A stretch of 39,188 nt of DNA. It comes from Syntrophomonadaceae bacterium (GTDB lineage: Bacteria > Bacillota > Syntrophomonadia > Syntrophomonadales > Syntrophomonadaceae). Positions within the stretch are counted from its first letter, which is position 1. Every line of letters starts with the position of its first letter. The position numbers and the translations under genes were made by a program. This document shows positions 19,260 to 31,697 of this stretch, one piece after another. The stretch is taken from the NCBI GenBank assembly GCA_012522705.1, contig JAAYJY010000176.1:1-39188 (forward strand). The letters are read 5' to 3'. Under the pieces are notes generated by a model that did no database searches, was not told the origin of the DNA, and was given only the letters and a program-made list of their open reading frames with translations.

Positions 19260-20197
19260 TGAGTTTTTCCCATGATGCTCGGAATGAAATAGCCCGGATA
19301 ATACCGGAGAAGAGATGTTGCCAGATAGCTGAGCTTTCTGCCCTGGTAGGAATGCGGGCCGATATCAGCCCTAACCGAGATGGCGTACTGACACTTTACA
19401 CTACCATGGAGAATGCAGCCCAGGCGCGCAAGGCTTATACCCTGCTGAAAGACACCTTCGGACTGTCTTCAACGGTCCACATCCTGCAAAAGAAACGGTT
19501 CAAGAAATCCCGGATATATCGGGTAGAAACCCCACTTGACAGCGCCGAGGGATCTGTTCTTCTGCAGGAACTGGGGCAGTTGGGGTCCGAGATCAAACGG
19601 CAGGTGCACTGGAAGGCGATAAGAAAGAACTGCTGCAAACGTGCATTTTTACGGGGGGTGTTTACCAGCAGCGGCTTCGTCAACAGACCCGAGGGTAATT
19701 ACCACCTGGAAATTGTATTCAATGATTCACGGATGGCCGCTGATGTGTTGAAGGTCATGAATAAACTGGATTTGGATGCGCGGTTGACCGAGCGCAAGAA
19801 CAATCTGCTGATATACATTAAGGAAAGCGAAAGGATTGTAGATTTTCTCCGATTAGTAGAGGCTAGCAATGCCCTTCTCGATTTTGAGAATGTAAGGATT
19901 ATCAAATCCATGCGCAACCAGGTGAACCGGCAGGTAAACTGCGAGACCGCCAACCTGGGAAAGACCATTGACGCTTCAGTCCGTCAGGTCGAGATGATTA
20001 AGAGAATTGTGGCCAGAGTAGGGGTCAAAGGCATTTCCCCCCATTTACGGGAATTGGCAATGCTGCGACTGGATCACCCCGACAGTTCCCTCAAAGAACT
20101 AGGCTTGATGCTGGATCCCCCCCTCACCAAATCTGGAGTCGCCTACCGTATGGCCAAGTTGGAGAAGGTCTCCGACACCATCGATCAATTAGAATGA
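19259..20197 (+). CDS. whiA: DNA-binding sporulation/cell-division regulator WhiA
   Basis: 312 aa. The N-terminus is typical (SFSHDARNEIARI...RCCQIAELSAL) and there is a C-terminal HTH. The start overlaps the rapZ stop by 1 nt. Confidence 0.92.
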   Translation: MSFSHDARNEIARIIPEKRCCQIAELSALVGMRADISPNRDGVLTLYTTMENAAQARKAYTLLKDTFGLSSTVHILQKKRFKKSRIYRVETPLDSAEGSVLLQELGQLGSEIKRQVHWKAIRKNCCKRAFLRGVFTSSGFVNRPEGNYHLEIVFNDSRMAADVLKVMNKLDLDARLTERKNNLLIYIKESERIVDFLRLVEASNALLDFENVRIIKSMRNQVNRQVNCETANLGKTIDASVRQVEMIKRIVARVGVKGISPHLRELAMLRLDHPDSSLKELGLMLDPPLTKSGVAYRMAKLEKVSDTIDQLE

Positions 20198-20205
20198 GGT
20201 AATGT

Positions 20206-21612
20206 ATGCGTCTTACTAATGACATCTTTCTGGAGCAACAGCAAAAACTGGTTATGACCCCCGAATTGCGACTGGCCATAGCCATTCTGCAAATGTCGAC
20301 CATGGAATTGGAAGAGTACGCCCAACAGGAGTTGAATGAGAATCCTCTTTTGGATGTGCAGGAACCGGAGGAACCAAGTGGAGACTCGGCCGCTGAAAAC
20401 GCGGAGGCTGGCTCAAATGGTGACCTGGAACCAACCACCAGCATGGAAGAATGGGCTGATTATTACCATGATCGGGATATCGGCTATTCCGCTGGAGATC
20501 GCGAAGACAAGTCCTACGATAATTTCCTCACCAAACGGCCTACTTTATACGAACATTTGCAGTTTCAACTTCGCCTGGTCTGTAAGGAGATCGAGGATGA
20601 GGAAGTCGGTTTGTACATTATAGGTAATATCGACGATAATGGCTATCTCTGCGTCAGTCGGGAGGAAATGGCGTTCCAAACGGGGGCTTCTCCAGAAAGA
20701 GTGGACCGGGTTCTGGGTCTGGTGCAATCCTTCCATCCCCATGGAGTTGGCGCATTCACTCTGCAAGAATCACTTATGATTCAACTTCGCTACTTTGGCA
20801 AAGAAGATTCCCTGGCCGAAAAAATAATCTATGAGCATCTTGATGACCTGGCCCAGGGGAGGCTAGCCAAGATATCCCAAGCAGTGGGTATATCAGTCCA
20901 ACAAGTGCAGGGAGTCTGTGACATAATCCGCACCCTCGATCCCAAACCAGGCCTGCAGTACAGTTCCGACGACGAGATCAAGTACATCATCCCGGATGCT
21001 ATCGTGGAAAAAATAGAAGGCCAATATGTGGTAGTTCTCAATGACAACGCCTCGCCCCGTTTGGTGGTAAACCGACTGTATAAAAGTATGATGCGCAAAC
21101 CGGGACAATTCAGCGACGAAGCCCGGAAGTATCTGGGCGACAAAATGAACTCGGCCATTTGGCTGATCCGCAGCATCGAACAGCGCCGCCGAACCCTGGA
21201 CAAGGTGATACGCTGCATTGTGGATATTCAAACTGACTTTTTGGATCAGGGTATCAAATATCTCAAACCGCTTACTTTGAAGCAGGTCGCAGACCTTATA
21301 GAAGTACATGAGTCGACAGTCAGCAGAGCGACGTCGAAGAAATATATCCAGACCCCGCAGGGGCTATTTGAGCTTAAGTTCTTCTTTGGCAGCGGGATCA
21401 GTACCAGCGTTGGCACCGATAAAGTATCCGCCAAGAGTATAAAAAGGATGCTCGAAGAGATAATCACGGGAGAGGATCCCGCCCGACCCATCAGCGACCA
21501 GGCCATAGTAGCTAAATTACAGGACGAGGGAATCGATATCTCGCGGCGGACAGTTGCCAAATACCGGGGGGAAATGGGTATACCGGCAACCTCAGCCCGC
21601 AAGAGATATTAG
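20206..21612 (+). CDS. rpoN: RNA polymerase sigma-54 factor
   Basis: 468 aa. It has a Gln-rich N-terminal region I (LEQQQKLVMTPELRLAIAILQMS), an acidic linker and a C-terminal RpoN box (ISRRTVAKYR). Confidence 0.93.
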   Translation: MRLTNDIFLEQQQKLVMTPELRLAIAILQMSTMELEEYAQQELNENPLLDVQEPEEPSGDSAAENAEAGSNGDLEPTTSMEEWADYYHDRDIGYSAGDREDKSYDNFLTKRPTLYEHLQFQLRLVCKEIEDEEVGLYIIGNIDDNGYLCVSREEMAFQTGASPERVDRVLGLVQSFHPHGVGAFTLQESLMIQLRYFGKEDSLAEKIIYEHLDDLAQGRLAKISQAVGISVQQVQGVCDIIRTLDPKPGLQYSSDDEIKYIIPDAIVEKIEGQYVVVLNDNASPRLVVNRLYKSMMRKPGQFSDEARKYLGDKMNSAIWLIRSIEQRRRTLDKVIRCIVDIQTDFLDQGIKYLKPLTLKQVADLIEVHESTVSRATSKKYIQTPQGLFELKFFFGSGISTSVGTDKVSAKSIKRMLEEIITGEDPARPISDQAIVAKLQDEGIDISRRTVAKYRGEMGIPATSARKRY

Positions 21613-21641
21613 AACATTATGGGAAATGGACCATAATACTG

Positions 21642-21650
21642 TGCTATAAT
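21642..21650 (+). promoter_or_regulatory. Extended -10 element TGCTATAAT upstream of cggR-gap operon
   Basis: Sequence match only, about 90 nt upstream of the cggR ATG. Confidence 0.4.
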
Positions 21651-21693
21651 ATTTGATGAAGAATATAAATCGAAGTAAAGGCATAATCTTGCT

Positions 21694-21709
21694 GGGACAA
21701 AATTGTCCC
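21694..21709 (+). promoter_or_regulatory. CggR-operator-like inverted repeat GGGACAAAATTGTCCC
   Basis: Two 7-bp arms. It resembles the GGGAC-N-TGTC half-sites known for Bacillus CggR operators. It lies between the putative -10 element and the cggR start. Confidence 0.45.
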
Positions 21710-21740
21710 TTATAGATATATTTAAACCAGGGGTTATTAC

Positions 21741-22775
21741 ATGGATAGACTTTTTTCGCTTATCGAGCGGTTTGCCCCCGAGGTAATGGAAATACTGACT
21801 GATCGATACAAGATCCTGAGGCAGGTTTTGTATAACCAACCCATTGGCCGCCGCCAGTTGGCACTTAACGTGGACCAGACCGAGAGAATGGTGCGTACCG
21901 AGGTTGATCTGCTGAAAACCCGTGGAGCATTGCAGACTACTCCGGCAGGGATCATGCTCACCGCTTACGGGGAAGAGATGCTGCGGGAGATAGACGAATA
22001 TGTGCCTTGGTTGTTGAACACCCAAACCTTGAGTGAGCGGCTGAAAGAACGATTCCATCTTCAAGAAGTAATTATCGTTCCGGGCGATTCGTTTCAAAAT
22101 GAGTTTATCAAACATGATTTGGGCCGGGCGGGAGCTGAATTCTTGTTTAGAAAGCTCCGGCCCCCCTGTACCTTGGCGGTGACTGGGGGGACCACTCTGG
22201 CTCAGGTAGCAGATCAGATGCGGGAAGATGTGAATCTCCACCAGGTTTGTGTAGTGCCAGCCAGAGGGGGATTGGGCGAAAAAGTCGAACAGCAGGCTGG
22301 TAATATTGCAGCCAAGATAGCCAATCGCATAGGGGGACAATATCGACTCCTGCATATCCCCGACATCCTTGAGGAGAGCACCGCAGCAGTCCTTAAGAAA
22401 GACATACATATAAGCGAAGTTGTCAAGATCATAAAATCTGCTGATATCCTTATGCATGGGATCGGGCCCGCTATTGATATGGCCATCAAACGCGAGCTAT
22501 CTCCTGCGGAAGTGGAATATTTGCAGAAAAATGAGGCTATGGGTGAAGCGCTTCGATATTATTACGACCGGAGGGGTAAAATAATATTCGAGATCCCCGG
22601 TATTGGCTTGGAAGGGGCGGATTTGAGCAATATCCCTTTGATAATAGCCATTGCCGGTGGCAGCAACAAGGCGCCGGCAATTGAGGCAGTCTTAAGAAAC
22701 GGCATCGAAAAGGTGCTGATAACCGATGAGGGCGCAGCCCAAAAAATTATCTATGGAAAGGATGATGGTTGTTAA
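21741..22775 (+). CDS. cggR: SorC-family central glycolytic genes regulator
   Basis: 344 aa with an N-terminal wHTH and a sugar-phosphate-binding domain. It sits immediately upstream of gap, and its stop overlaps the gap start. Confidence 0.88.
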   Translation: MDRLFSLIERFAPEVMEILTDRYKILRQVLYNQPIGRRQLALNVDQTERMVRTEVDLLKTRGALQTTPAGIMLTAYGEEMLREIDEYVPWLLNTQTLSERLKERFHLQEVIIVPGDSFQNEFIKHDLGRAGAEFLFRKLRPPCTLAVTGGTTLAQVADQMREDVNLHQVCVVPARGGLGEKVEQQAGNIAAKIANRIGGQYRLLHIPDILEESTAAVLKKDIHISEVVKIIKSADILMHGIGPAIDMAIKRELSPAEVEYLQKNEAMGEALRYYYDRRGKIIFEIPGIGLEGADLSNIPLIIAIAGGSNKAPAIEAVLRNGIEKVLITDEGAAQKIIYGKDDGC

Positions 22776-23782
22776 TGGCAGTCAAATTCTCTATCAATGG
22801 CTTTGGCCGCATAGGTCGATTAGTGGCCCGTGCCGCCATGGCCAGGGATGATCTGGAACTGGTAGCCGTAAACGATCTGGGAGCTCCCAGAGGGGGAGCG
22901 CATCTATTCAAGTATGACTCTATTCACGGTACTTTTCCCGGGGATGTGGCAGTTGAAAATGATGTGATATATAGTGCCGGCAGAAGCTTCCGTTACCTGT
23001 CGGAGAAAGAACCTGAAAAATTGCCATGGAAGGACCTCGGGGTGGAGATAGTGGTGGAAGGCACCGGCCGATTCAGGAGTAAGGAGAAAGCCTCCAAGCA
23101 TCTCACCGCTGGCGCCGCCCGGGTAATTATAACCGCCCCAGGCCAGAATGCAGATTTGACCGTGGTAATGGGGGTCAATAATCACAAGTATGATCCCACC
23201 AGTCACCACATCCTATCCAACGCATCCTGCACTACCAACTGCCTGGCTCCGGTGTCCATGGTCCTGGTCAAAGAGTTCGGTATTGTAAAAGGCATGATGA
23301 ACACCATCCATTCCTACACCAATGACCAGCGGGTATTGGATTTGGAGCACGATGACCTGCGCCGGGCCCGGGCTGCCGCTCTGTCTATGATCCCCACCAC
23401 AACTGGGGCAGCCAGTGCTATCGGTCTGGTCATACCGGAACTGGAAGGCAAACTCGATGGCTTGTCAATACGGGTACCTACTCCCAATGTCTCCTTGCTG
23501 GACCTAACGGTGGAGTTGGAGAAAAGCACCACGGTCACGGCTATCAACGAGGCATATAGAAATGCCGCGGCAACCTATCTTAAAGGCATATTAAAATATA
23601 CCGAGGTTCCGTTGGTCTCCCACGACTATAACGACGAGGAGCATTCCGCGGTTGTCGATGGCCTATTAACCATGATGATGGGCGACAGAATGGCCAAGGT
23701 GATTGCCTGGTACGACAATGAGTGGGCTTATTCCCTGAGGGTGTTAGATCTGGCCGCCTATATCGCCGGGCGGGGCATGTAA
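22775..23782 (+). CDS. gap: Glyceraldehyde-3-phosphate dehydrogenase
   Basis: INGFGRIGR and the active site SNASCTTNCLAP. The C-terminal motif WYDNEWAYS is also present. Confidence 0.95.
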   Translation: MAVKFSINGFGRIGRLVARAAMARDDLELVAVNDLGAPRGGAHLFKYDSIHGTFPGDVAVENDVIYSAGRSFRYLSEKEPEKLPWKDLGVEIVVEGTGRFRSKEKASKHLTAGAARVIITAPGQNADLTVVMGVNNHKYDPTSHHILSNASCTTNCLAPVSMVLVKEFGIVKGMMNTIHSYTNDQRVLDLEHDDLRRARAAALSMIPTTTGAASAIGLVIPELEGKLDGLSIRVPTPNVSLLDLTVELEKSTTVTAINEAYRNAAATYLKGILKYTEVPLVSHDYNDEEHSAVVDGLLTMMMGDRMAKVIAWYDNEWAYSLRVLDLAAYIAGRGM

Positions 23783-23873
23783 CTGATGATGGGCCCGGAA
23801 GCCTGCAAGTATGACTCTGTATAACCTTTTAATAGTTGCGCTGGTTTAACCAACACCGGAGGAGGACGATGAA

Positions 23874-25045
23874 TTGAGAACTATCCGAGATATCGAGCTT
23901 AATGGCAAGAGGGTGTTGATGCGGGTCGATTTCAATGTACCCATGAATGCTGAGGGCAAGATAATCGATGATACCAAAATGACTGCAGCTATCCCTAGCA
24001 TAAACTACCTGCTCGAACACGGAGCACGCTTGGTATTGATGAGTCATCTGGGTCGTCCCAATGCTAAACCGGACCCTGCTTTCAGTCTTAGACCGGTAGC
24101 GGTGTGTTTAGGGGAACTGCTCCAGACAAATGTCATAATGGCCGGTGATTGCATCGGGCCGGCGGTGGAAGCTATGGCCGCTACATTAGGCCCGGGACAG
24201 GTCATGATGTTGGAAAACGTCCGCTTCCATGGCGGCGAGGAAGAAAACGATCCGGGATTTTCCCGGCAACTGGCCAGACTTGGTGACGTCTTCGTAAATG
24301 ATGCCTTTGGGAGCGCCCACCGGGCTCATTCCTCCACAGTTGGGATAGCAGATTATCTCCCGGCTTATGCCGGATTCCTGCTGGAGACGGAAGTCAAAAT
24401 GCTCAGGCAGGTCCTCGAGTATCCTCAAGCTCCCCGGATGGCCATACTGGGAGGGGCCAAGGTTAAGGATAAGTTGGGTTTGATCAGGAATTTGCTCAGC
24501 AGGTTCGACATTCTTTTGGTAGCGGGGGGGATCGGCAACACCTTTTTGGCCGCTCGGGGCAGGAAGATCGGCAAATCATTGCACGAAGCTGAGTTTTTGA
24601 GGAATGCGATGATATACTGGACATCGCTGCCAGAAAGCGCAAGTATATTCTGATGCCGGTAGACGCTGTGGTGGCAGACAAGATATCGGCAGATGCCCAA
24701 TACAAAGTCGTTGACATTGACCAGATCCCCGAAGACATGCTGATAGCAGATATCGGGCCCAAGACCGTCACGGGTTTTGCCATGGCTATCGGGAAGGCCA
24801 AGACCATCATCTGGAATGGTCCGGTGGGCGTTTACGAATATCCCCAATTTGCCAATGGCACTGAAGCTATTGCCAAAGCGATAGCCGCTTCTGCGGCGAT
24901 CAGTGTCATCGGTGGAGGAGACTCGGCGGCGGCTATAATGAAAATGGGTTTGGAGAAGGACATCACCCACATATCTACCGGGGGCGGCGCAACCCTGGAA
25001 TTTCTGGAGGGGATAGAGCTGCCTGGGGTTAAGATTTGCGAATAA
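23874..25045 (+). CDS. pgk: Phosphoglycerate kinase, reading frame broken by a 1-nt shift at a T5 run (24594-24598)
   Basis: ORFs 23874..24653 and 24653..25045 carry the N-terminal part (MRVDFNVP, HLGRP) and the C-terminal part (MPVDAVVADK...GGGDSAAA...STGGGA) of PGK. The frames join at KSLHEAEF / EECDDILDIAARKRKYILMPVD. The start is TTG, 8 nt after GGAGGAGG. Confidence 0.9.
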
Positions 25046-25057
25046 AGGGAAAGGTTC

Positions 25058-25808
25058 ATGGAAATGAAGAGACTGATGATTGCCGCCAACTGGAAAATGA
25101 ATAAGACTGTTGCTGAAGCAGCCGCGTATATAAAAGACTTAGGGCCAAGATTGGCTGGTTGGGACCGGGTGGAGGTGGTAATCTGCCCTCCATTTACATG
25201 CCTGGCTTATTTAAGCGATGCACTGAAACATACCGAACTCCAACTGGGAGCCCAGAATCTGTTTTGGGAGCCAAAGGGTGCTTTTACCGGTGAGATTTCA
25301 GCCGAGATGTTACTCGATATGGGCTGCCGCTACGTTATCATTGGGCATTCGGAACGGCGACAAATGATGGGTGAGAGCGACCAGGATATCAATCGCAAAC
25401 TCGGTTCGGCTGGCGGTGCCGGATTGATACCTATATTTTGTGTGGGTGAGACCTTGCCGGAGAGGGAAGACAGCCAAACCCGGAATGTAGTCCAACGGCA
25501 ATTGGAACAAGGCCTGGCAGGGCTGGATTTGCAGGAACTGGTGATCGCTTATGAACCGGTGTGGGCGATTGGAACCGGACTCAATGCCAGTCCGGCAGAT
25601 GCCCAGGATACGTGTAAATATATCAGGGATTGTCTGGGCAGGCACAGAGATGAGTCATGGGCCGCTGCGGTTCCCATCCTTTATGGCGGCAGCGTCACTG
25701 CCCTGAATATTCAGAGCTTCGTGGAACAGCCGGATATCAACGGTGCCCTGGTAGGTGGAGCCAGTCTGGATCCGGAACACTTTGCCAGAATTGTGAGGTT
25801 GAATATGG

Positions 25809-25816
<8 letters not shown>
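25058..25816 (+). CDS. tpiA: Triosephosphate isomerase
   Basis: AANWKMN, IIGHSERR, AYEPVWAIGTG and LYGGSV. Confidence 0.95.
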
Positions 25817-28674
<2,858 letters not shown>

Positions 28675-28681
28675 TAAAATC

Positions 28682-28711
28682 TTGAACAATCGGTTTCTAT
28701 TGTGTTACAAT
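28682..28711 (+). promoter_or_regulatory. Sigma-A-type promoter for secG (TTGAAC-18 nt-TACAAT)
   Basis: The -35 TTGAAC lies at 28682-28687 and the -10 TACAAT at 28706-28711. Sequence match only. Confidence 0.4.
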
Positions 28712-28753
28712 ATAATGCGGCTTTAGGGAAGATGACGAAAGGAGGTTCTGTGG

Positions 28754-28981
28754 GTGGTTAAAACGATATTTCTTATTCTGCAGTTCATTACTGCTATAGG
28801 CTTGATATTCACAGTCCTGATGCAAGAAGGCAAGAGTGCCGGATTATCGGGAAGCATTGCCGGTGGAGCAGATATGATCTTTGGAAAGAAGAAGGGTGTA
28901 GATGAACTGTTTGCTAAGATAACAGGTTATTTGGCCGCCTTGTTTCTAATATTTACCCTGGTTGTAGCTCTGCGCAGCTAA
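28754..28981 (+). CDS. secG: Preprotein translocase subunit SecG
   Basis: 75-aa protein with two TM helices and a Gly-rich loop (GLSGSIAGGADMIFG). GTG start 8 nt after AAAGGAGG. Its position after eno matches Bacillus. Confidence 0.85.
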   Translation: MVKTIFLILQFITAIGLIFTVLMQEGKSAGLSGSIAGGADMIFGKKKGVDELFAKITGYLAALFLIFTLVVALRS

Positions 28982-29155
28982 ACGGGCACAGCGCTGCCGG
29001 TGGTAAGATGCCTCGGGTTATCTTAATCCAAGCCCGGACAGGTTGTAGGAAGCCAAGTCTGCCGATGACCATTATAAAACCCTGGGTTATCAGCGTCAAC
29101 CGGTAGACTACAAGGCTACATATGTAGTAAGAGAGTCGCCCCGAAAGTCTGAGCT

Positions 29156-29194
29156 AATAGTATGAAAGCTATTGCAGGTAGCCTTCATACTATT
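29156..29194 (+). other. Long hairpin in the hppA 5' leader (16-bp stem, one mismatch)
   Basis: AATAGTATGAAAGCTA (29156-29171) pairs with TAGCCTTCATACTATT (29179-29194). No T-tract follows it. Confidence 0.5.
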
Positions 29195-29255
29195 ATGATG
29201 CTAAGGGATAAAGCATCGCACAAGATAACGATTATTTAAGGAAGTGAAATTGTTA

Positions 29256-31697
29256 ATGAACCTTCAGCTCAAAAAAGTAATGCAGCCGGCAATAGCCTTC
29301 ATCGCTGCTCTGGCAATTGTGCTGTTGACCCCTTCGTTGGCAGTCGCTGGTGAGGCCAATCTGGTACTGCCGGAATTGAGCAGCGATCAGAATACCCTAC
29401 TCATTTTGGGTATGCTGGTCTGCGTATTGGGTATGTTCTTCGGTTACTATCAGTTTATTCGGGTTACCAAATTCAGGGCTCACCGAACAATGCTGGATGT
29501 AGCCCAGACTATTTACGAAACCTGTAAAACCTACCTGATTCAACAAGGAAAATTCATCGCTATCCTGTTCTTCTTCATCGGCTTGTGTATAGCCTTCTAT
29601 TTTGGCTACCTTTCCCAGATGCCGATAGGATCCGTATTATTCATCCTGATGTGGACTGTGATCGGGATACTCGGTTCCTACAGCGTAGCTTGGTACGGCA
29701 TCCGCATGAACACCCTGGCCAACAGCCGGGTAGCCTTCAGCTCCCTGGAGAGAAAACCCCTTAAGATGTTAAACATAGCCCTGGATGCCGGTATGAGTAT
29801 CGGAGTCTTGCTGGTATGCGTGGAGCTCATCATGATGCTGGTCATATTGGTATTTGTACCCCGGGAACTGGCCGGAGCCTCCTTTATCGGATTCGCCATC
29901 GGAGAATCATTGGGAGCCAGTGCCCTGCGTATAGCCGGGGGTATATTTACCAAGATAGCCGACATCGGCGCCGACCTGATGAAGATAGTATTCGGCATCA
30001 AAGAAGACGATCCGAGAAACCCGGGTGTTATTGCGGACTGCACCGGTGACAACGCCGGCGACAGTGTAGGTCCGACTGCGGATGGATTCGAGACCTATGG
30101 CGTGACCGGGGTGGCCATGGTCACCTTCATCGTCCTGGCAGTGGCTCCTGCCCTGCAGACCACCCTGCTCACCTGGATATTTGCCGTCCGGATTATGATG
30201 GTTATCAGCTCAGTCGCTTCCTTCTATATCAACCGCGCCGTGAGCCAGTCCCGATTTGGCAGCCTCACCGATTTTGATTTCGAAGCGCCCCTGACCAGCC
30301 TGGTATGGATCACCTCCATAGTGTCAATCGGCATCACCTACCTTCTCACCTACTATATGGTGGGACCGGGATCCAGTATCGTCACCGCCTTGACCCCCCA
30401 TTGGGCAACCCTGGCAACCATATTCAGTTTTGGTACCCTGGCCGCAGCCATGATCCCGGAAGCGGTTAAAATATTCACCAGCCCCAACTCCAAGCATGTT
30501 GCCGAGGTAGTACAAGCCTCCCGGGAAGGCGGACCCTCACTAAACATCCTGTCCGGACTGGTGGCTGGCAACTTCAGCGCCTTCTGGATCGGCATGGTAT
30601 TTGTCTTCATCATGTTTGGCGGATATTGGGCCAGTTTGCCCCTCACCGCAGATATCATGAGCTACCATTCGGTATTCGCCTTTGGCCTGATCGCTTTCGG
30701 CATGCTGGGCATGGGTCCGGTTACCATCGCTGTGGACAGCTATGGACCAGTCACCGATAATGCCCAGTCCATCTATGAATTGTCACTTATAGAAGAGGTC
30801 AAGGACGTCGATAAGGATATCGAGAAAGACTATGGATTCAAACCAGACTTTGAAAAGGGTAAACACTACCTGGAAGCCAACGATGGCGCCGGCAACACCT
30901 TCAAAGCCACCGCCAAGCCAGTCTTGATCGGCACCGCGGTAGTAGGAGCCACCGCCATGATCTTCTCCCTGATCCTAGTCATCGAGAATGTGTTGGAGGT
31001 AGACCCGGCCACCATCCTGGCCCTGCTCAATCCCTATACCATTCTGGGCCTGCTGTGCGGCGGAGCGGTAATCTACTGGTTTACCGGGGCATCTACCCAA
31101 GCCGTGGTCACTGGCGCCTACCGGGCAGTGGAATATATCAAAAGAAACATCAATTTGGACGAAGCCGCGGATGTCAAGGCCAATACCGAAAAGTCCAAAG
31201 AAGTGGTAAAGATATGTACCCAGTATGCCCAATCAGGTATGTTCAATATCTTTATCGCCCTGTTCTCCTTTGCCATGGCGTTTGCCTTTTTAGCTGCTCC
31301 CGCAGGAGGAAATTCCGAGCGAGTATCCTTCTTCGTGGCTTACCTGCTCTCCATAGCCATCTTTGGACTGTTCCAGGCCGTGTTCATGGCCAATGCCGGC
31401 GGCTGCTGGGATAATGCCAAGAAGGTAGTGGAAGTAGACTTACAGGAGAAAGGCACTCCGCTGCATGAAGCAACAGTGGTGGGAGACACTGTAGGCGATC
31501 CCTTCAAGGATACCTCCTCGGTTGCCTTGAACCCCATCATAAAGTTCACCACCTTGTTCGGGTTGCTGGCTATGGAGATAGCCATTGCGGAAGCATTCCG
31601 GGAGATAGCTCCCTTGGTTGGGATTGGATTCCTGTTGATAGCTTTGTTCTTTGTATGGCGTACCTTCTACGGAATGAGAATACCAGTTAAAGGATAG
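29256..31697 (+). CDS. hppA: Membrane-bound proton-translocating pyrophosphatase, K+-independent-type signature
   Basis: ORF 29244..31697, with ATG 29256 preferred. Motifs: ADCTGDNAGD, DSYGPVTDNA and VGDTVGDPFKDTS. GNTFKATAKP carries Lys at the A/K position that marks K+-independent enzymes. Confidence 0.92.
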   Translation: MNLQLKKVMQPAIAFIAALAIVLLTPSLAVAGEANLVLPELSSDQNTLLILGMLVCVLGMFFGYYQFIRVTKFRAHRTMLDVAQTIYETCKTYLIQQGKFIAILFFFIGLCIAFYFGYLSQMPIGSVLFILMWTVIGILGSYSVAWYGIRMNTLANSRVAFSSLERKPLKMLNIALDAGMSIGVLLVCVELIMMLVILVFVPRELAGASFIGFAIGESLGASALRIAGGIFTKIADIGADLMKIVFGIKEDDPRNPGVIADCTGDNAGDSVGPTADGFETYGVTGVAMVTFIVLAVAPALQTTLLTWIFAVRIMMVISSVASFYINRAVSQSRFGSLTDFDFEAPLTSLVWITSIVSIGITYLLTYYMVGPGSSIVTALTPHWATLATIFSFGTLAAAMIPEAVKIFTSPNSKHVAEVVQASREGGPSLNILSGLVAGNFSAFWIGMVFVFIMFGGYWASLPLTADIMSYHSVFAFGLIAFGMLGMGPVTIAVDSYGPVTDNAQSIYELSLIEEVKDVDKDIEKDYGFKPDFEKGKHYLEANDGAGNTFKATAKPVLIGTAVVGATAMIFSLILVIENVLEVDPATILALLNPYTILGLLCGGAVIYWFTGASTQAVVTGAYRAVEYIKRNINLDEAADVKANTEKSKEVVKICTQYAQSGMFNIFIALFSFAMAFAFLAAPAGGNSERVSFFVAYLLSIAIFGLFQAVFMANAGGCWDNAKKVVEVDLQEKGTPLHEATVVGDTVGDPFKDTSSVALNPIIKFTTLFGLLAMEIAIAEAFREIAPLVGIGFLLIALFFVWRTFYGMRIPVKG

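Noticed and set aside
21609-22457. 282-aa minus-strand ORF overlapping cggR
   Set aside because: It is antisense to a clear SorC/CggR homologue that sits in conserved cggR-gap synteny. It has no motifs and no RBS, so it is a shadow ORF. The same reasoning applies to 13643..14575 (antisense to uvrC), 34962..35870 (antisense to rnr) and 24425..24970 (antisense to pgk).
29086-29230. Resemblance of the hppA leader to ykkC-type (guanidine/PRPP/ppGpp) riboswitches (CUGGGUU.., ..AGAGAG.., GGGAUAAAGC)
   Set aside because: Only short scattered matches are present. I could not reconstruct the conserved helices or the ACGR/GGGA core in the correct order, so this needs a covariance-model search. It is reported only as an unclassified structured leader.
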